Shown here piece after piece: positions 12,732 to 24,412 of a stretch of DNA of 64,000 nt. The notes under the pieces are model-generated. The model was not told the origin of the DNA. It was given only the letters and a program-made list of their open reading frames with translations, and did not search any database. Within the stretch, counting starts at the first letter, position 1, and each line of letters starts with the position of its first letter. The position numbers were made by a program, and so were the translations under genes. The DNA is from Thraustochytrium aureum (Eukaryota): assembly GCA_012862495.1 (NCBI GenBank), contig BLSG01000221.1:1-64000 (forward strand), read 5' to 3'.

Positions 12732-12981
12732 CCTCAGCCGCAAGCCGCTCGCTCGCGGGCCCTTGTGCGGGCCTCGCGACCTGCCTGGACCTGAGCGCGG
12801 TCCGCAGCTCCCCAACCACCTGCAAGGGTTCGAGCACTGGTCGCAGAGCCCGATCGAGGCAAGGCCGCGTGGAGGACGGGCGGCCGGCCAGCCGGTGAGC
12901 GCTCTCGCGTCCTTCAAGAGCTCAGGCGGCAGCGGTGGCGGAAGGCGCTGAAGCCCGCTGAAGCCCGCTGGCGCGCACGCA

Positions 12982-14139
12982 ATGGCGACGCTTGCCGAGT
13001 CGTTCCTGGACGACCTGAACAATGCGAGCGACGAGGAGGACGACGACGTGCTCCCGGAAAAGGGCGACAACGAAGCCGGAAACGATGGCTATGAGGCGGT
13101 GCGCGACGCGGCCGGACGAGGCGAGCACGGCGAGCGCGACGCACCTGGTGCAGCTGCTGGTGACGCCGAGGGTGCACAGTCGAGACTCGCGGAGGTACTG
13201 GACGCACCTCCTCGAGAGCTCGAAGACGCGCGACAGCTCTTGGGCTCGCCCAGGCTCACCAAGCACCTGGAGGATATCGCTTCGGCGAGCGCGGCAGGCG
13301 AGCCTGCAGCGTACCGCCTCGTGGTGGAAGCGAACAGCATGTGCGTGGAGATCGACGAGGAAGTTGAACGCATCCACGGCGCGGTGAGCGAGACGTACTC
13401 GGAGCGGTTCCCGGAGCTCGTTTCGCACGTCCCCGATCCAGTTGCATATTTGAAGGCAGTCCAGATGATCCAAAACGAGACGGACATGTCCCGGCTAGAG
13501 CTTTCGCCGACACTCACGTCTGCTCAGGCCATGGCCGTGTCGATGACGGGATCGCGACTTCAGACGAAGCCGCTTGCGCCAGAGCTGCTGTCGTCTGTCC
13601 TGTCAGCTTGCCGGGCAGCTCTCGCGCTGGTGGATATCAAGACCGGCAAGTTGCTGCCGTTTGTGGCAAGCCAGATGCCGCGAATCGCACCAAACGTGTG
13701 CGAAATCCTTGGGGCTGACGTGACGGCGCAGCTCCTAGCCGTCGTGGGCGGACTGGACAGGCTGGTCAAGATCCCGGCTGGGAACGTTCAGGTGATTGGG
13801 AAGGGCCAGCGTGCCCTGCACGGGTTTGCGCGGTCCTCAGCGACGCGGCACTTTGGTTTGATCCACGCGTGCGACCTCGTTCAGGAGTGTGGCTCTGAGC
13901 ACCGCGTGAAGGCCATGCGCGTGGTGGCCGGACGGGTGGCGCTGGCGGCCCGTCTTGACCTGGCCGTGTCACAGCGAGATGGAGCAGCTGGCCGCGCGTG
14001 GGCCGTCGAGATCCGCGGCAAGCTCGCCAAGTGGCACGCGCCAGTTCCAGGAAAGACGAAGCGAGCCCTACCAGTGCCTGAGACAGATTCCAAGAAGCGT
14101 CGTGGAGGGCGTCGCGCGCGCCGGCTCAAGGAGATTTAC
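12982..14139 (+). CDS. PRPF31: U4/U6 snRNP protein Prp31 (3' end lost in N-gap)
   Basis: Typical N-terminus 'MATLAESFLDDL', NOSIC 'YSERFPEL...PDP..Y', Nop domain 'RIAPN...ILGA...AQLL...GGL..L.KIPAGNVQVIG...LAARLD', and NLS 'KKRRGGRRARRLKE.Y'. Confidence 0.96.
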
Positions 14140-15497
14140 NNNNNNNNNNNNNNNNNNNNNNNNNNNNNNNNNNNNNNNNNNNNNNNNNNNNNNNNNNNNN
14201 NNNNNNNNNNNNNNNNNNNNNNNNNNNNNNNNNNNNNNNNNNNNNNNNNNNNNNNNNNNNNNNNNNNNNNNNNNNNNNNNNNNNNNNNNNNNNNNNNNNN
14301 NNNNNNNNNNNNNNNNNNNNNNNNNNNNNNNNNNNNNNNNNNNNNNNNNNNNNNNNNNNNNNNNNNNNNNNNNNNNNNNNNNNNNNNNNNNNNNNNNNNN
14401 NNNNNNNNNNNNNNNNNNNNNNNNNNNNNNNNNNNNNNNNNNNNNNNNNNNNNNNNNNNNNNNNNNNNNNNNNNNNNNNNNNNNNNNNNNNNNNNNNNNN
14501 NNNNNNNNNNNNNNNNNNNNNNNNNNNNNNNNNNNNNNNNNNNNNNNNNNNNNNNNNNNNNNNNNNNNNNNNNNNNNNNNNNNNNNNNNNNNNNNNNNNN
14601 NNNNNNNNNNNNNNNNNNNNNNNNNNNNNNNNNNNNNNNNNNNNNNNNNNNNAACAAGGTTTCGCGGTCAGGTCCGGTTCTGGATGCCCAACCGAACCCG
14701 TGAAATAACGAGCGCACGTCACATAGGTATCATGGATCGGCACATCAAGGGCACATAATTCGCGCACTTCTCCTCGCTAGCGGTATCCGTACGGATCCTG
14801 TTGCGGTTGAGGTGTGACTCCTCAACGCTAAAAGAGACCGGAGGCGCGACCTCAAAATGATGACACGAAACGGCGCTGCCAAACCTATGATTAGAGATCA
14901 GGCAGCACCAAGAGGGACGTCTCGCTGCGCCGCGGAGGCGGCTCGCTGTAGACAGACAGCATTGCGGTATTAAGACGAGACATCCGTGACACATTTGCTG
15001 ATGGTAACCTTATGATCAAAAGTAGATGGATGGCCCAAGCAACTTGCACGCGAAGCATGTGAATGATCCATTTCGATTTCTCGTCACCTCCTCGGTGTGA
15101 CTTTCTTGATCGCAAGGCAACGCCCCTCGGCACGGACGGCAAATTGTTTGTGGTTCCTCTTCGACAAGCACTCTACCCAGGCTCTCTTCAAAGCCTCACA
15201 TGGGCTGAAGTTCACTGTCCTTGGCAAGTCGGCCGAGAATGCGAGCTTCAAGCTGGCTACCATTTCGATCGACTCCCGCCACGTTGGTCCTGCGTTTCAC
15301 ATGGCCGCTGCTTCTTGCAGGCCGCACCAAAGGTCAACAGCTCGCCAAAGCTAGTCACTGGTGAACGAGCACCTCGCCTGTGGGACATGAGACCGCTGGC
15401 GCTCAAGAGGCCGCTCGAGGACAGCTGCAGGACCCCAGACGGGCGCCTCCAAGGCCTTGGCCACTCTGTCTGAGACTTGCTAAAGGCAAAATAGATT

Positions 15498-16229
15498 CTA
15501 AGCGACGATAACGTTGAGAGCAAACACGGCGGCGGCGGCGGTTGCCCAAGCTGACGCGAGCGGCCCTGCGCCGCAGCCATTGCTCGGTGCGCGCGTCGGG
15601 CTCCCCGTTTGGCCAGCACCATTCAGGAGGCCAGTGCGAACTGGCATTGGTGTGGGCGCCAGCGCCGCGGTCGGTCCGGCAGATGGACGGTTCGACCTAA
15701 TCTTGAGCGTCACGAATTGCTTCGTGTAGGGGTCCTTAGCATAAGGTAGGATCCACGTTGTGACTTTTCCTTCGGCAGGGTCAAAGATCAGGACTGGATC
15801 AGCGATGGCCCCGATTGCCGGGTGCGCCCCAGCAATGAGCCATCCTTTGCTCTCGCCAAGAACGAAATTGAAGTCGAGCGTGCTCGTCGGCGGCGCGTTT
15901 GGGACGGGCAGGGGGCCGCAGGTGCCTTGCTTAATATGAAGATTCTCAAATTTGCCAATGAGCGGGCCGCCAGACGCGTTCAAGTGTACGAAGAGGTCGG
16001 CGACAATCCCGTCTGGCTGGTCCTCAAGCCCCGCAATGAGGAAACTGTTGCTAAATTCCCGGCCAGTCTTGCAAAGCTCCACGTCGATCTCCTCAGGCCT
16101 GGCCAGCACTGCCTCTTGTTCGCCGTGCTGCATAACGGTCGCCGCATGAGTCGTGCTGACAGCTTGGCCCGTCTGTAGCGCTGTTGCCAGCGCCACCGCC
16201 GCGACCAGCGCCTGCACCGCGCCCAGCAT
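15498..16229 (-). CDS. Putative secreted / GPI-anchored surface protein of unknown function
   Basis: N-terminal signal peptide (MLGAVQALVAAVALATALQTGQA), a globular beta-like core, a Pro/Thr linker, and a small-residue site (SNG) followed by a hydrophobic tail (AWATAAAAVFALNVIVA). Confidence 0.62.
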   Translation of the reverse strand: MLGAVQALVAAVALATALQTGQAVSTTHAATVMQHGEQEAVLARPEEIDVELCKTGREFSNSFLIAGLEDQPDGIVADLFVHLNASGGPLIGKFENLHIKQGTCGPLPVPNAPPTSTLDFNFVLGESKGWLIAGAHPAIGAIADPVLIFDPAEGKVTTWILPYAKDPYTKQFVTLKIRSNRPSAGPTAALAPTPMPVRTGLLNGAGQTGSPTRAPSNGCGAGPLASAWATAAAAVFALNVIVA

Positions 16230-17375
16230 TCTCAACCTTGGTGCGAACGAAGTCTTCTCCCCTTGCTCTCAACCGCGATGTTTTGATTGCTGCGGGCTGG
16301 ACGTTTCGTGTTTGGTGACTGTTGCTCGATGATCATCAAGCGCTCGTGTTTGAGTCCCACCCAATCTCTTTGATTGAACACTCATCTTTTTTGAAAGCCT
16401 GACAGGCGACCGGCGCAACTGCAGTTGTGGGACTTGCTGAGGCCCAACTTGAACTGCACTGACACAATGACTCGAGCATGCTACCGAACTTGAGACTCTG
16501 CAATTGTTGGGTGGCCCAGTTTTTGCGAAACGANNNNNNNNNNNNNNNNNNNNNNNNNNNNNNNNNNNNNNNNNNNNNNNNNNNNNNNNNNNNNNNNNNN
16601 NNNNNNNNNNNNNNNNNNNNNNNNNNNNNNNNNNNNNNNNNNNNNNNNNNNNNNNNNNNNNNNNNNNNNNNNNNNNNNNNNNNNNNNNNNNNNNNNNNNN
16701 NNNNNNNNNNNNNNNNNNNNNNNNNNNNNNNNNNNNNNNNNNNNNNNNNNNNNNNNNNNNNNNNNNNNNNNNNNNNNNNNNNNNNNNNNNNNNNNNNNNN
16801 NNNNNNNNNNNNNNNNNNNNNNNNNNNNNNNNNNNNNNNNNNNNNNNNNNNNNNNNNNNNNNNNNNNNNNNNNNNNNNNNNNNNNNNNNNNNNNNNNNNN
16901 NNNNNNNNNNNCAGACACGGCGGGCATTCGTGGAGTTATTTGAAAATTCTGCATTAAAACTGTACCTCGTGACAGATACACCAGGAGATGCGGTAGTTTC
17001 TTTTTCCGGTCAAAAGGTACCCTGTACCAGCGACGACTGGGGCTCCGAGCAAGACGCATCCCGCGAGCAGCGACCAAACCGGTTCGCGTCGCCGGAGTAC
17101 GCTACAGTTGATCCACACTTGACCTGGTAGGAGCGGTGAAACCCTGGCTGCAGCTTGGTGTGGGTCAAGTTGACCACACTGGAGCAGCAGGAGGCGCAGA
17201 TCGTCGACGGTGGTGCTCGATGCGGACTCGGTCGACGCCGCTTCGGCCAGAAGACAAAGCTCCTATCTTCAAGGCTCACACTTGATGTCTCTGCGGGCGC
17301 AGACGAACGGCATAAAGTGACCCTTGTTCAACGAGCCTTGCAGCGTGCCTGGCTCTAACCCTCTTGCAACGAGCA

Positions 17376-17970
17376 AAGGCGGCAGCAGAGGCGGAAGGCG
17401 CTGAAGCTGCTGGCGCGCCCGCTTCGGTGACGCTTGCCGAGTCGTTCCTGGACGACCTGCACAGTGCCAGTGACGAAGAGGACGACGACAACGCCGAAAG
17501 TGACAGCTCCGAGGCGGATGACGTGCACGAGCACCTGATATTGAGGCAGAGTGCAGCCTATGCGGCGCAGCAAGAGGCCCCAGTTGGTGCTGCCGTATTT
17601 GTCACCGCGTCAGAATACGCGATGCGCCAGACGGAGAAAATCAACTGGGCTGCCTTCAACAACAACGCAACTGGATCAGGGACGTGCGAACGCACCCCCC
17701 GGGGACCGCTCTGACTACCATCTCGCTCACCGTGCTGTGCATGCATTCAACCTCCTCATCAAACTCAACTCGCTTGCAGTTGCTGCCACCTCGAGACGGC
17801 GTGCTGCAGGCTGGTGGGCCGTGATCGCCGAAGCGACTTCCCCCAAGTACTATGTAAGCCTGGAAAAGCCTGAGCCGTCGCGCGGCTTCAAGCCCCACCA
17901 GTGCCTGAGACAGATTCCAAGACGCGTCGTGGAGGGCGTCGCGCGCGCCGGCTCAAGGAGATCTTCGGCC
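17376..17970 (+). pseudogene. PRPF31: Rearranged PRPF31 duplicate (forward 5' piece, inverted middle piece, forward 3' piece)
   Basis: 17376-17490 matches 12925-13047 (TLAESFLDDL..ASDEEDDD) with the ATG lost. ~17640-17890 is the reverse complement of ~13222-13470 (VEFDEEVECMHSTVSE; SHVPDPVA). 17893-17962 matches 14066-14135 almost exactly. Confidence 0.85.
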
Positions 17971-18781
17971 CNNNNNNNNNNNNNNNNNNNNNNNNNNNNN
18001 NNNNNNNNNNNNNNNNNNNNNNNNNNNNNNNNNNNNNNNNNNNNNNNNNNNNNNNNNNNNNNNNNNNNNNNNNNNNNNNNNNNNNNNNNNNNNNNNNNNN
18101 NNNNNNNNNNNNNNNNNNNNNNNNNNNNNNNNNNNNNNNNNNNNNNNNNNNNNNNNNNNNNNNNNNNNNNNNNNNNNNNNNNNNNNNNNNNNNNNNNNNN
18201 NNNNNNNNNNNNNNNNNNNNNNNNNNNNNNNNNNNNNNNNNNNNNNNNNNNNNNNNNNNNNNNNNNNNNNNNNNNNNNNNNNNNNNNNNNNNNNNNNNNN
18301 NNNNNNNNNNNNNNNNNNNNNNNNNNNNNNNNNNNNNNNNNNNNNNNNNNNNNNNNNNNNNNNNNNNNNNNNNNNNNNNNNNNNNNNNNNNNNNNNNNNN
18401 NNNNNNNNNNNNNNNNNNNNNNNNNNNNNNNNNNNNNNNNNNNNNNNNNNNNNNNNNNNNNNNNNNNNNNNNNNNNNNNNNNNNNNNNNNNNNNNNNNNN
18501 NNNNNNNNNNNNNNNNNNNNNNNNNNNNNNNNNNNNNNNNNNNNNNNNNNNNNNNNNNNNNNNNNNNNNNNNNNNNNNNNNNNNNNNNNNNNNNNNNNNN
18601 NNNNNNNNNNNNNNNNNNNNTACAGGGTGGTGACGCGTTGTCTTGAGGCGAAGGGCTAGCGATGCAGAAATGGCGCGGCATGGGACCGAATCAATCCCAG
18701 TTGCAACATGTTTTCTCTATTCGAAACCCCCGATAACAACGGCAAGCAGAACCGATGAACCGCCTGGCCGCACCGCACCGG

Positions 18782-19678
18782 TCAGGCCGACTCGCTCGGC
18801 TGGCCTGGAATGAAACGGTCCAGCCCCGTGCGGCAGCTCCGAACGAAACGGCCGGCTACAGTTGTGGCGGAGTCTGTGCAAGTGCCTGCGGCTTTGCCGA
18901 GTCTGTGCGTTGAATGGGTCAGCAAGTGCTCTGGCAAGGACGAAACCGGCGGCTCGGAAAATGTGCGGTGGTCCCAGTTGGTAAAGCGGCTCCACCGCTC
19001 CATGGGCGGCGTTGCGGATTTCGAGCGAAAAAAACGAGGCCTCGTGGGCTGTCGTGGCTGGCCCTCGAGGGCGCGAAAAATCGCGAGACCGGTCGAGGAC
19101 GCCTCCTCGGCGTCGGAGCGCGGGGCGTTGGCTGTGCGCTGCGACCGGATCTGAGCGTCTGATCCGCCAGCAGCGCGCGCATTGCGCCAGTAGGGAAGCA
19201 GCTCGTTCGTGCAAAGCCGCCAAGACGAGTCTCGAGGCGCGAGGGAGCAGGGGGCAGCTGCAAGCCTCCTCATGACCCCGGCGCCGAGTAGGGCCGAGTC
19301 CAGCTCGACGACCTGCTTGTTGTGTCCGCGCGACACGATGTGGGCTCCTATGCGGTTTTCTAGGGGAAACTGTATCGTTGCTGACCGATCCGAGCGAGCG
19401 GTCATAGCCGACCGTGCTTTTATTGCCGGGGTGGCATGTTCGCAGTGTGAAGAGGGAAAAGCGCGCTGCTGCCGTCCGAGTCGTCGGGCAGCACCACAGG
19501 CGCACTGCAGGCGCACTGGTAGGCCAGGCCGCCCGCATCGGCGGCCTCTCTGAGGGGCGCAAGCGTTGCTGCTGTCCCGCCCTGTGCGCGCACTTTCTTG
19601 CATCTGAAATTCTCTTGGAAGCCGAATCACAGCCAACGAAAGAAATGCATCACGCCTTGGTACATCGACAGGATGCAC
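18782..19678 (-). CDS. Hypothetical protein
   Basis: 298-aa ATG-started ORF with no recognisable motif; it may be part of a spliced gene extending toward ~20500. Confidence 0.25.
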   Translation of the reverse strand: MHPVDVPRRDAFLSLAVIRLPREFQMQESARTGRDSSNACAPQRGRRCGRPGLPVRLQCACGAARRLGRQQRAFPSSHCEHATPAIKARSAMTARSDRSATIQFPLENRIGAHIVSRGHNKQVVELDSALLGAGVMRRLAAAPCSLAPRDSSWRLCTNELLPYWRNARAAGGSDAQIRSQRTANAPRSDAEEASSTGLAIFRALEGQPRQPTRPRFFRSKSATPPMERWSRFTNWDHRTFSEPPVSSLPEHLLTHSTHRLGKAAGTCTDSATTVAGRFVRSCRTGLDRFIPGQPSESA

Positions 19679-21390
19679 TAGCTAGCTCTAGAGAGTAGGC
19701 GATTGAGTGAGTGGGGCAACTTGCCAGCATCAACCGAGTGAGCAGGGCAGCAGCGGAACAGCTAGCTCGCTCGAGCACTTGCCCGGCAATCTGTCTTTCT
19801 TTGTGCCAACTGGGATCAAGATTGCGGGCTGGATCACGTCAAGCGTCCCACGGCCAGCTGTGTGGCTCCCTCCCTCCCTCCCTCCCTCTCTCCTGCAGGC
19901 CCACAACCGTAATCGATGCATGCATGCCCTTCAGTATGAATCCGACCCAGGCATGCACGACGCAGAGCGAGATGTGAGGCCAAGGCCGTGCGGCCCTTCG
20001 CAAACGCGTTGTCTGTCTCTGCCTGTCTCTATCTGCCTGTCTGTCTGTCGGCCATGAGAATCACATCGCGTCCGCCACCCGCGGCTGCCAACTTCTAACA
20101 TGCGCACGGCTTGCGCTTCTCCCAGCTCTTCTCCTTCTCCAGTCGCCAACTCGAATTGATTGAAAGAGCCAGGCGAGTACTCGTAGAGACGAGACGCCTG
20201 GAGTTGGGTCTCATCAACCCGACGGCCTGGCCCACTCACTGCACGCACAGCGGGGCATGATCCCGGCGCTTGCGTCGATACGCCGCGCAATTGGCGAGGC
20301 CGTAAACGTGTTTCTGGACTGCGTTTCTGTGACGCGCGAAGGCGAACACTGCCTTCGTACACCCTGGGGTGCAAAATGGAGACCCAGCTTGGCCGAGGAT
20401 TTCGCTCTGCGTTTGAGAGGGCGAGAGCGGCGGTGAATCGGCTAGCAAGACCAAACGGTAACGGGATTTTGGAAGGTGCGAAGAGAGGCGATGCGCGCCT
20501 TATTTGTCGATCGAGCGGCGAGCGGCGAGCGCGACTGGTAAACAGCATGCGCTGACGCATGCGCGAAGGCGCGCAGAGGCAGGGCAAGAGCCGAAGGAAG
20601 AAAACGCGTCTCGCGAGCCCGCGCTTTTTCTCAATTTTTTCCCCTCTGCGTGGCCCGGCGCGTCGGGGATAGCAGGACAATCCCAGATGGCCCTCCGGAA
20701 AACCAACCAACCCGTCAACGAACGACGACCTGCCGAGGGAAGCGCCCTCTCCCTAACAGCCTGCGCTCGCTGCGCGTCTCTTGCCGGCCGCGAAACGGAG
20801 AAGATGCACTACAGGTCAGCAGAAGAAACCACATCGCCGGAAAACGATGGAGAGCGGCGCTCTGCGCAACCGAGTCGATTGGCTTCGCAGCGAAAAGATG
20901 CACCACGGCGCCGCCGTGAGGAGGCTCCACGAGGAGATCGGCTTTGCATTTTCATAGCGGTGCACCGACCGACCCACCCTCCACCGTAAACGCAAGGGAA
21001 ACTACGCTGCCTGGTATGTGCCGCAGGCGCAGAAATTGTGAGAGCCAGGCGGCGGCCCTCTCGTCGGGCGTCGGTTGCCTGTTGCCTCAACACTGCAAAC
21101 GGCCGGCTGGCTGCTAGGCAACAATCTCAGTATCCCAGCAGACCTCGAACCTTTGGGAGCAACTGGCAGGCAGCAGCTAGCCCGAGGACGAGGAGGTGCG
21201 CTCCGCAGGAGACGGACGAGCTCAGCACGAACCAGGTCGGCGGCGAGTCGGACGAGACAGCACGCGGCTACAGGTAGGTTTGTGTGGCCGGCCCAGCCAA
21301 AACGCTTGAGCAAGCGCGGCATCCACGCCGTTAAGGTGCGCAGCAAGCTAACTTGCCCGCCCGCCCGCCCCGCTGCAGAAAAGTAGGAAA

Positions 21391-23087
21391 ATGCGCTTCG
21401 GCGTCTTCGTCGCGGCCACTGTGGCCACGTCGGCCTGGTCGGCGAGCGGCCTGGCGACCAACCCACAGAACCTCGTGATCGTCTCCGTCGAGGACGACTA
21501 CGGGCTCGAGTATGAGTGGGAGTACATCAACGACCCCGTCAAGCCCTACCTAGAGATGGACATCATTCTTGCCGACGTCAACGTCGGGAGCGCTAGCAGC
21601 TCGATTCACGGCGTCGCGCTGGCCGTCGTCTCCAAAGACGCCACCCCGGACTCGAGAAACGGATTTCTGAACATGCAGGCGTCGCGATGGCTGCTCCTTA
21701 GCATCGACTACCCTAACGGCGCTCCGCAGGTGACTTCTGTCCGCACCACGTTTGACTTCTGCACCAGCAGCAGCGAATGCAGCAGACAGTCCGGGTGGGG
21801 AAGGCCCCAGTCCAAGGCCCAGCAGGCGATTATCAGGTCGAACCAGTGTCTCACAGAGGGCTTTGAGGTGAAGTCGATCACCTCTTCCAAGAGTGGCGCG
21901 CGCCAGGGGATGACCATTCGCGTCAAGATGGACGCCGACGCGTCCAGAAGTGCAGCACTCGTCTTGACACTGCGGACAACTTCAGGATCAACTTCGAAGC
22001 AGGCGCGGTCACAAAGTTTGTTTACGGCATCTGGACGGGAACCTCGCTCTCCTCGTTCACCGATAGCGACCCGTTCAGCAGCGCCGCTCACAACTACGTC
22101 TGGCTTGATGGGCAGCCGCAAGATCTCACGCTCACTGTGGGCACCCCGACCAAGGCGCCGACCAAGCGCCCTACGTTCATGCCGACCAAGTCGCCGAGCA
22201 AGCGCCCGACGCGAATGCCCACCAAGTCGCCTACCGGCAAGCCCACCAAGTCGCCCACGCCCAAGCCCACGCCTCGTCCCACCACAGCCATTCCCACAAA
22301 ATCCCCCACCACCGGCATTCCGACCAAGTCGCCCACGCAAAAGCCCACGAGGGGCCCGACAACAGCGAAGCCGACCAAGTCTCCCACGACCGGCGTGCCG
22401 AGCAAGTCACCGACGAACCGCCCGACGAAGAACCCGACCAAAAGCCCGACCGGGCGCCCGACGAGGAACCCAACGCCGCGCCCCACTGGCCGGCCCACCG
22501 ATTCTCCCACCGACCGTCCTACAAGGGGACCGACGCCGAAGCCCACTCCTCGCCCTACAAGGCCGCTCGTCTGCCCGAACGACATGCACTACATCAAGTG
22601 CTCGAACGTCAACTCCATGTACAAGCATCTCGCGAACGACCCTGAGCGCCGCGCCGCCAATATCGCGCGCGAGTGCAGGAAGAGCCGCTTCAGCCGCGAT
22701 TGCACCTGGTGCGAGAGTGGCAAGGACAGCTTCACTGGCTGCCGCCCCCGTCGCGATGGCAACGGAGGCCTGCAACATGAGCCCAGTGTTTGCGCGCCTC
22801 AAGCCGATCCCTTTTCCACGCTTGGCTGCAAGATGTTTAATGAATGCCCACGCCCTGCTCTCATGAGCGGCTGTGGTCATGTCAACACGCTTCGCAACGA
22901 CGAGCGCTGGCGTCTCAAGAAGATTTGTACCGGGGCCTTTGAGCACCAGGGTCATCAGATTGAGAAGAACGAGTGCATTTGGTGCAACGGTGTGTGCCGC
23001 GCTGCTGCGCCGTACCAGAGCCTGTCCGAGGTGATCTGCAAGACTCCTGGCCTGTTTGACGAGATCAAGAAGTGCCCGACGCTGTAA
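21391..23087 (+). CDS. Secreted protein: N-terminal globular domain, PTxxPT mucin-like stalk, Cys-rich C-terminal domain (probable frameshift ~21944)
   Basis: Signal peptide MRFGVFVAATVATSAWSASGLA. Adding one C near 21944 gives QKCSTRLDTADNFRINFEAG... in frame with ORF 22137..23087 (PTKSPT repeats, then many Cys). Confidence 0.8.
22140..22565 (+). repeat. Coding Pro/Thr repeat (PT[K/R/G]xPT)n
   Basis: About 30 degenerate 4-aa units visible in the translation. Confidence 0.9.
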
Positions 23088-24412
23088 ACCATCTGCTGGG
23101 CTTTATCAACGATCCTCCCGCGTTTTGGGGGGCGACCCTGTTAGTTCGACACGAAAATACCAACGCTATACCCTACGAGAGAAGTCATCATCAGTTGAAC
23201 CAATCACGACCCTTTTTTTCTCCCGCGTGCGTGCGTGCGTGCGTGCGTGCCGCTGCGCAGCTGTTGTAGAGTAGGTACCGGTACTCGCCGAATCCGCGCA
23301 CTCTATCCCGCTCCTCGCTGAAAAGTCCGCGGCAAGCGCCGAACCAGCGAAGGCAATCCATCCTTAGATAGGTAGAGTACCCACGTGGACAGTCGAGCGC
23401 AAACCAGCCGACCAGAGATGCCTGGTGCGTGCGCGCTGTGGTCTGAGTTCCGATGCGCCGTGCTGCCGCCCTCTATGTCTCTATTGCGGAATGCGTATCC
23501 GCTCGAGTTCTTGCGGCGGTTCTTCCTCCCACTGCACATCTCGACAACAAATTTGAACGACGTTTTGCGGTGCCGAAAAACTGACGTGCAGAGCTGGAAA
23601 GACGAAAAAGCGTTTCTCGCCCACTCCGCGACAACCTACTGCAGGCCTTCGATCGTGGCCTCCATGCTCGCCTTCGTGCTCTCCATCGCATCACGCGCTC
23701 CTGACGAACCGCGCACGAGGCAAGCCGCCATCCCAGCCATGCCAGCCAGCCCAGACAGGAAAGGCTCGAGTCGCAGACAGACACACAGACAGACAAGACA
23801 GCGCAAGCGCAGCGTCAAGGGGGCTGGCTGGCTGGTGAGATGAGTTGGTCTGGGTGTGTTGGTTTGGCTTCTGGGCCTCTGGCGAGGATGAATGAACAAA
23901 AGAAGGACGCGGTTTGGTTGCGCCCCTGCAGGAAAACCGCAGCACTGCAGAGCAGCATCGCGTTTTTGGTTTTTTTGGCTTGTCGTCCAGAGCGCGAGTG
24001 CCGCGGGCAGTTACCACCTCAAGGCTTCGTCGCCATTCCGCAGGGCACTTACTTGCCGGAGCACCAGCGCACCTGCTCTATTGACGAGTAAGGGCAGAGG
24101 TCGAGTCGTACTCGCTCAGCCGTCGCGGGGAGTTGGCAGGGCCCGAAAGCGGTTGTCTGCCAATCCTCCATCCGCCCGCCTGCGCCGCTCTCGAAGGGCC
24201 CGCGCAGGTTTCTGGCAAGCAAGCGCGCTTGGGCGCCTGGCATCGACGCGCGTGGCCGCGTCACGCGCTGCCGACGAGGTGAGGCGCGCCAAGGCGGCGT
24301 GCGACGACGAGAAGCCCGCTCAAGTGGCTGCAAGAAGCGAGCGGTTAGCGCAGTCGCGTCGAGGTCGGTTTCGCGACAACGGCGAGCTGGAGCTCGCGGC
24401 GAGCCTGCAGCC

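Noticed and set aside
14858..14920. ATGATGA as the C box of a snoRNA
   Set aside because: No suitably placed CTGA D box or terminal stem was seen.
14653..17350. Lower-GC flanks as a transposon or viral insertion
   Set aside because: No transposase, reverse transcriptase, integrase or capsid motif, and no terminal repeats recognised.
23473..24200. Possible spliced minus-strand gene with a CCT-like 'ERVMRWRARRR' segment
   Set aside because: Splice sites are ambiguous and the second half of a CCT motif is absent; not supportable.
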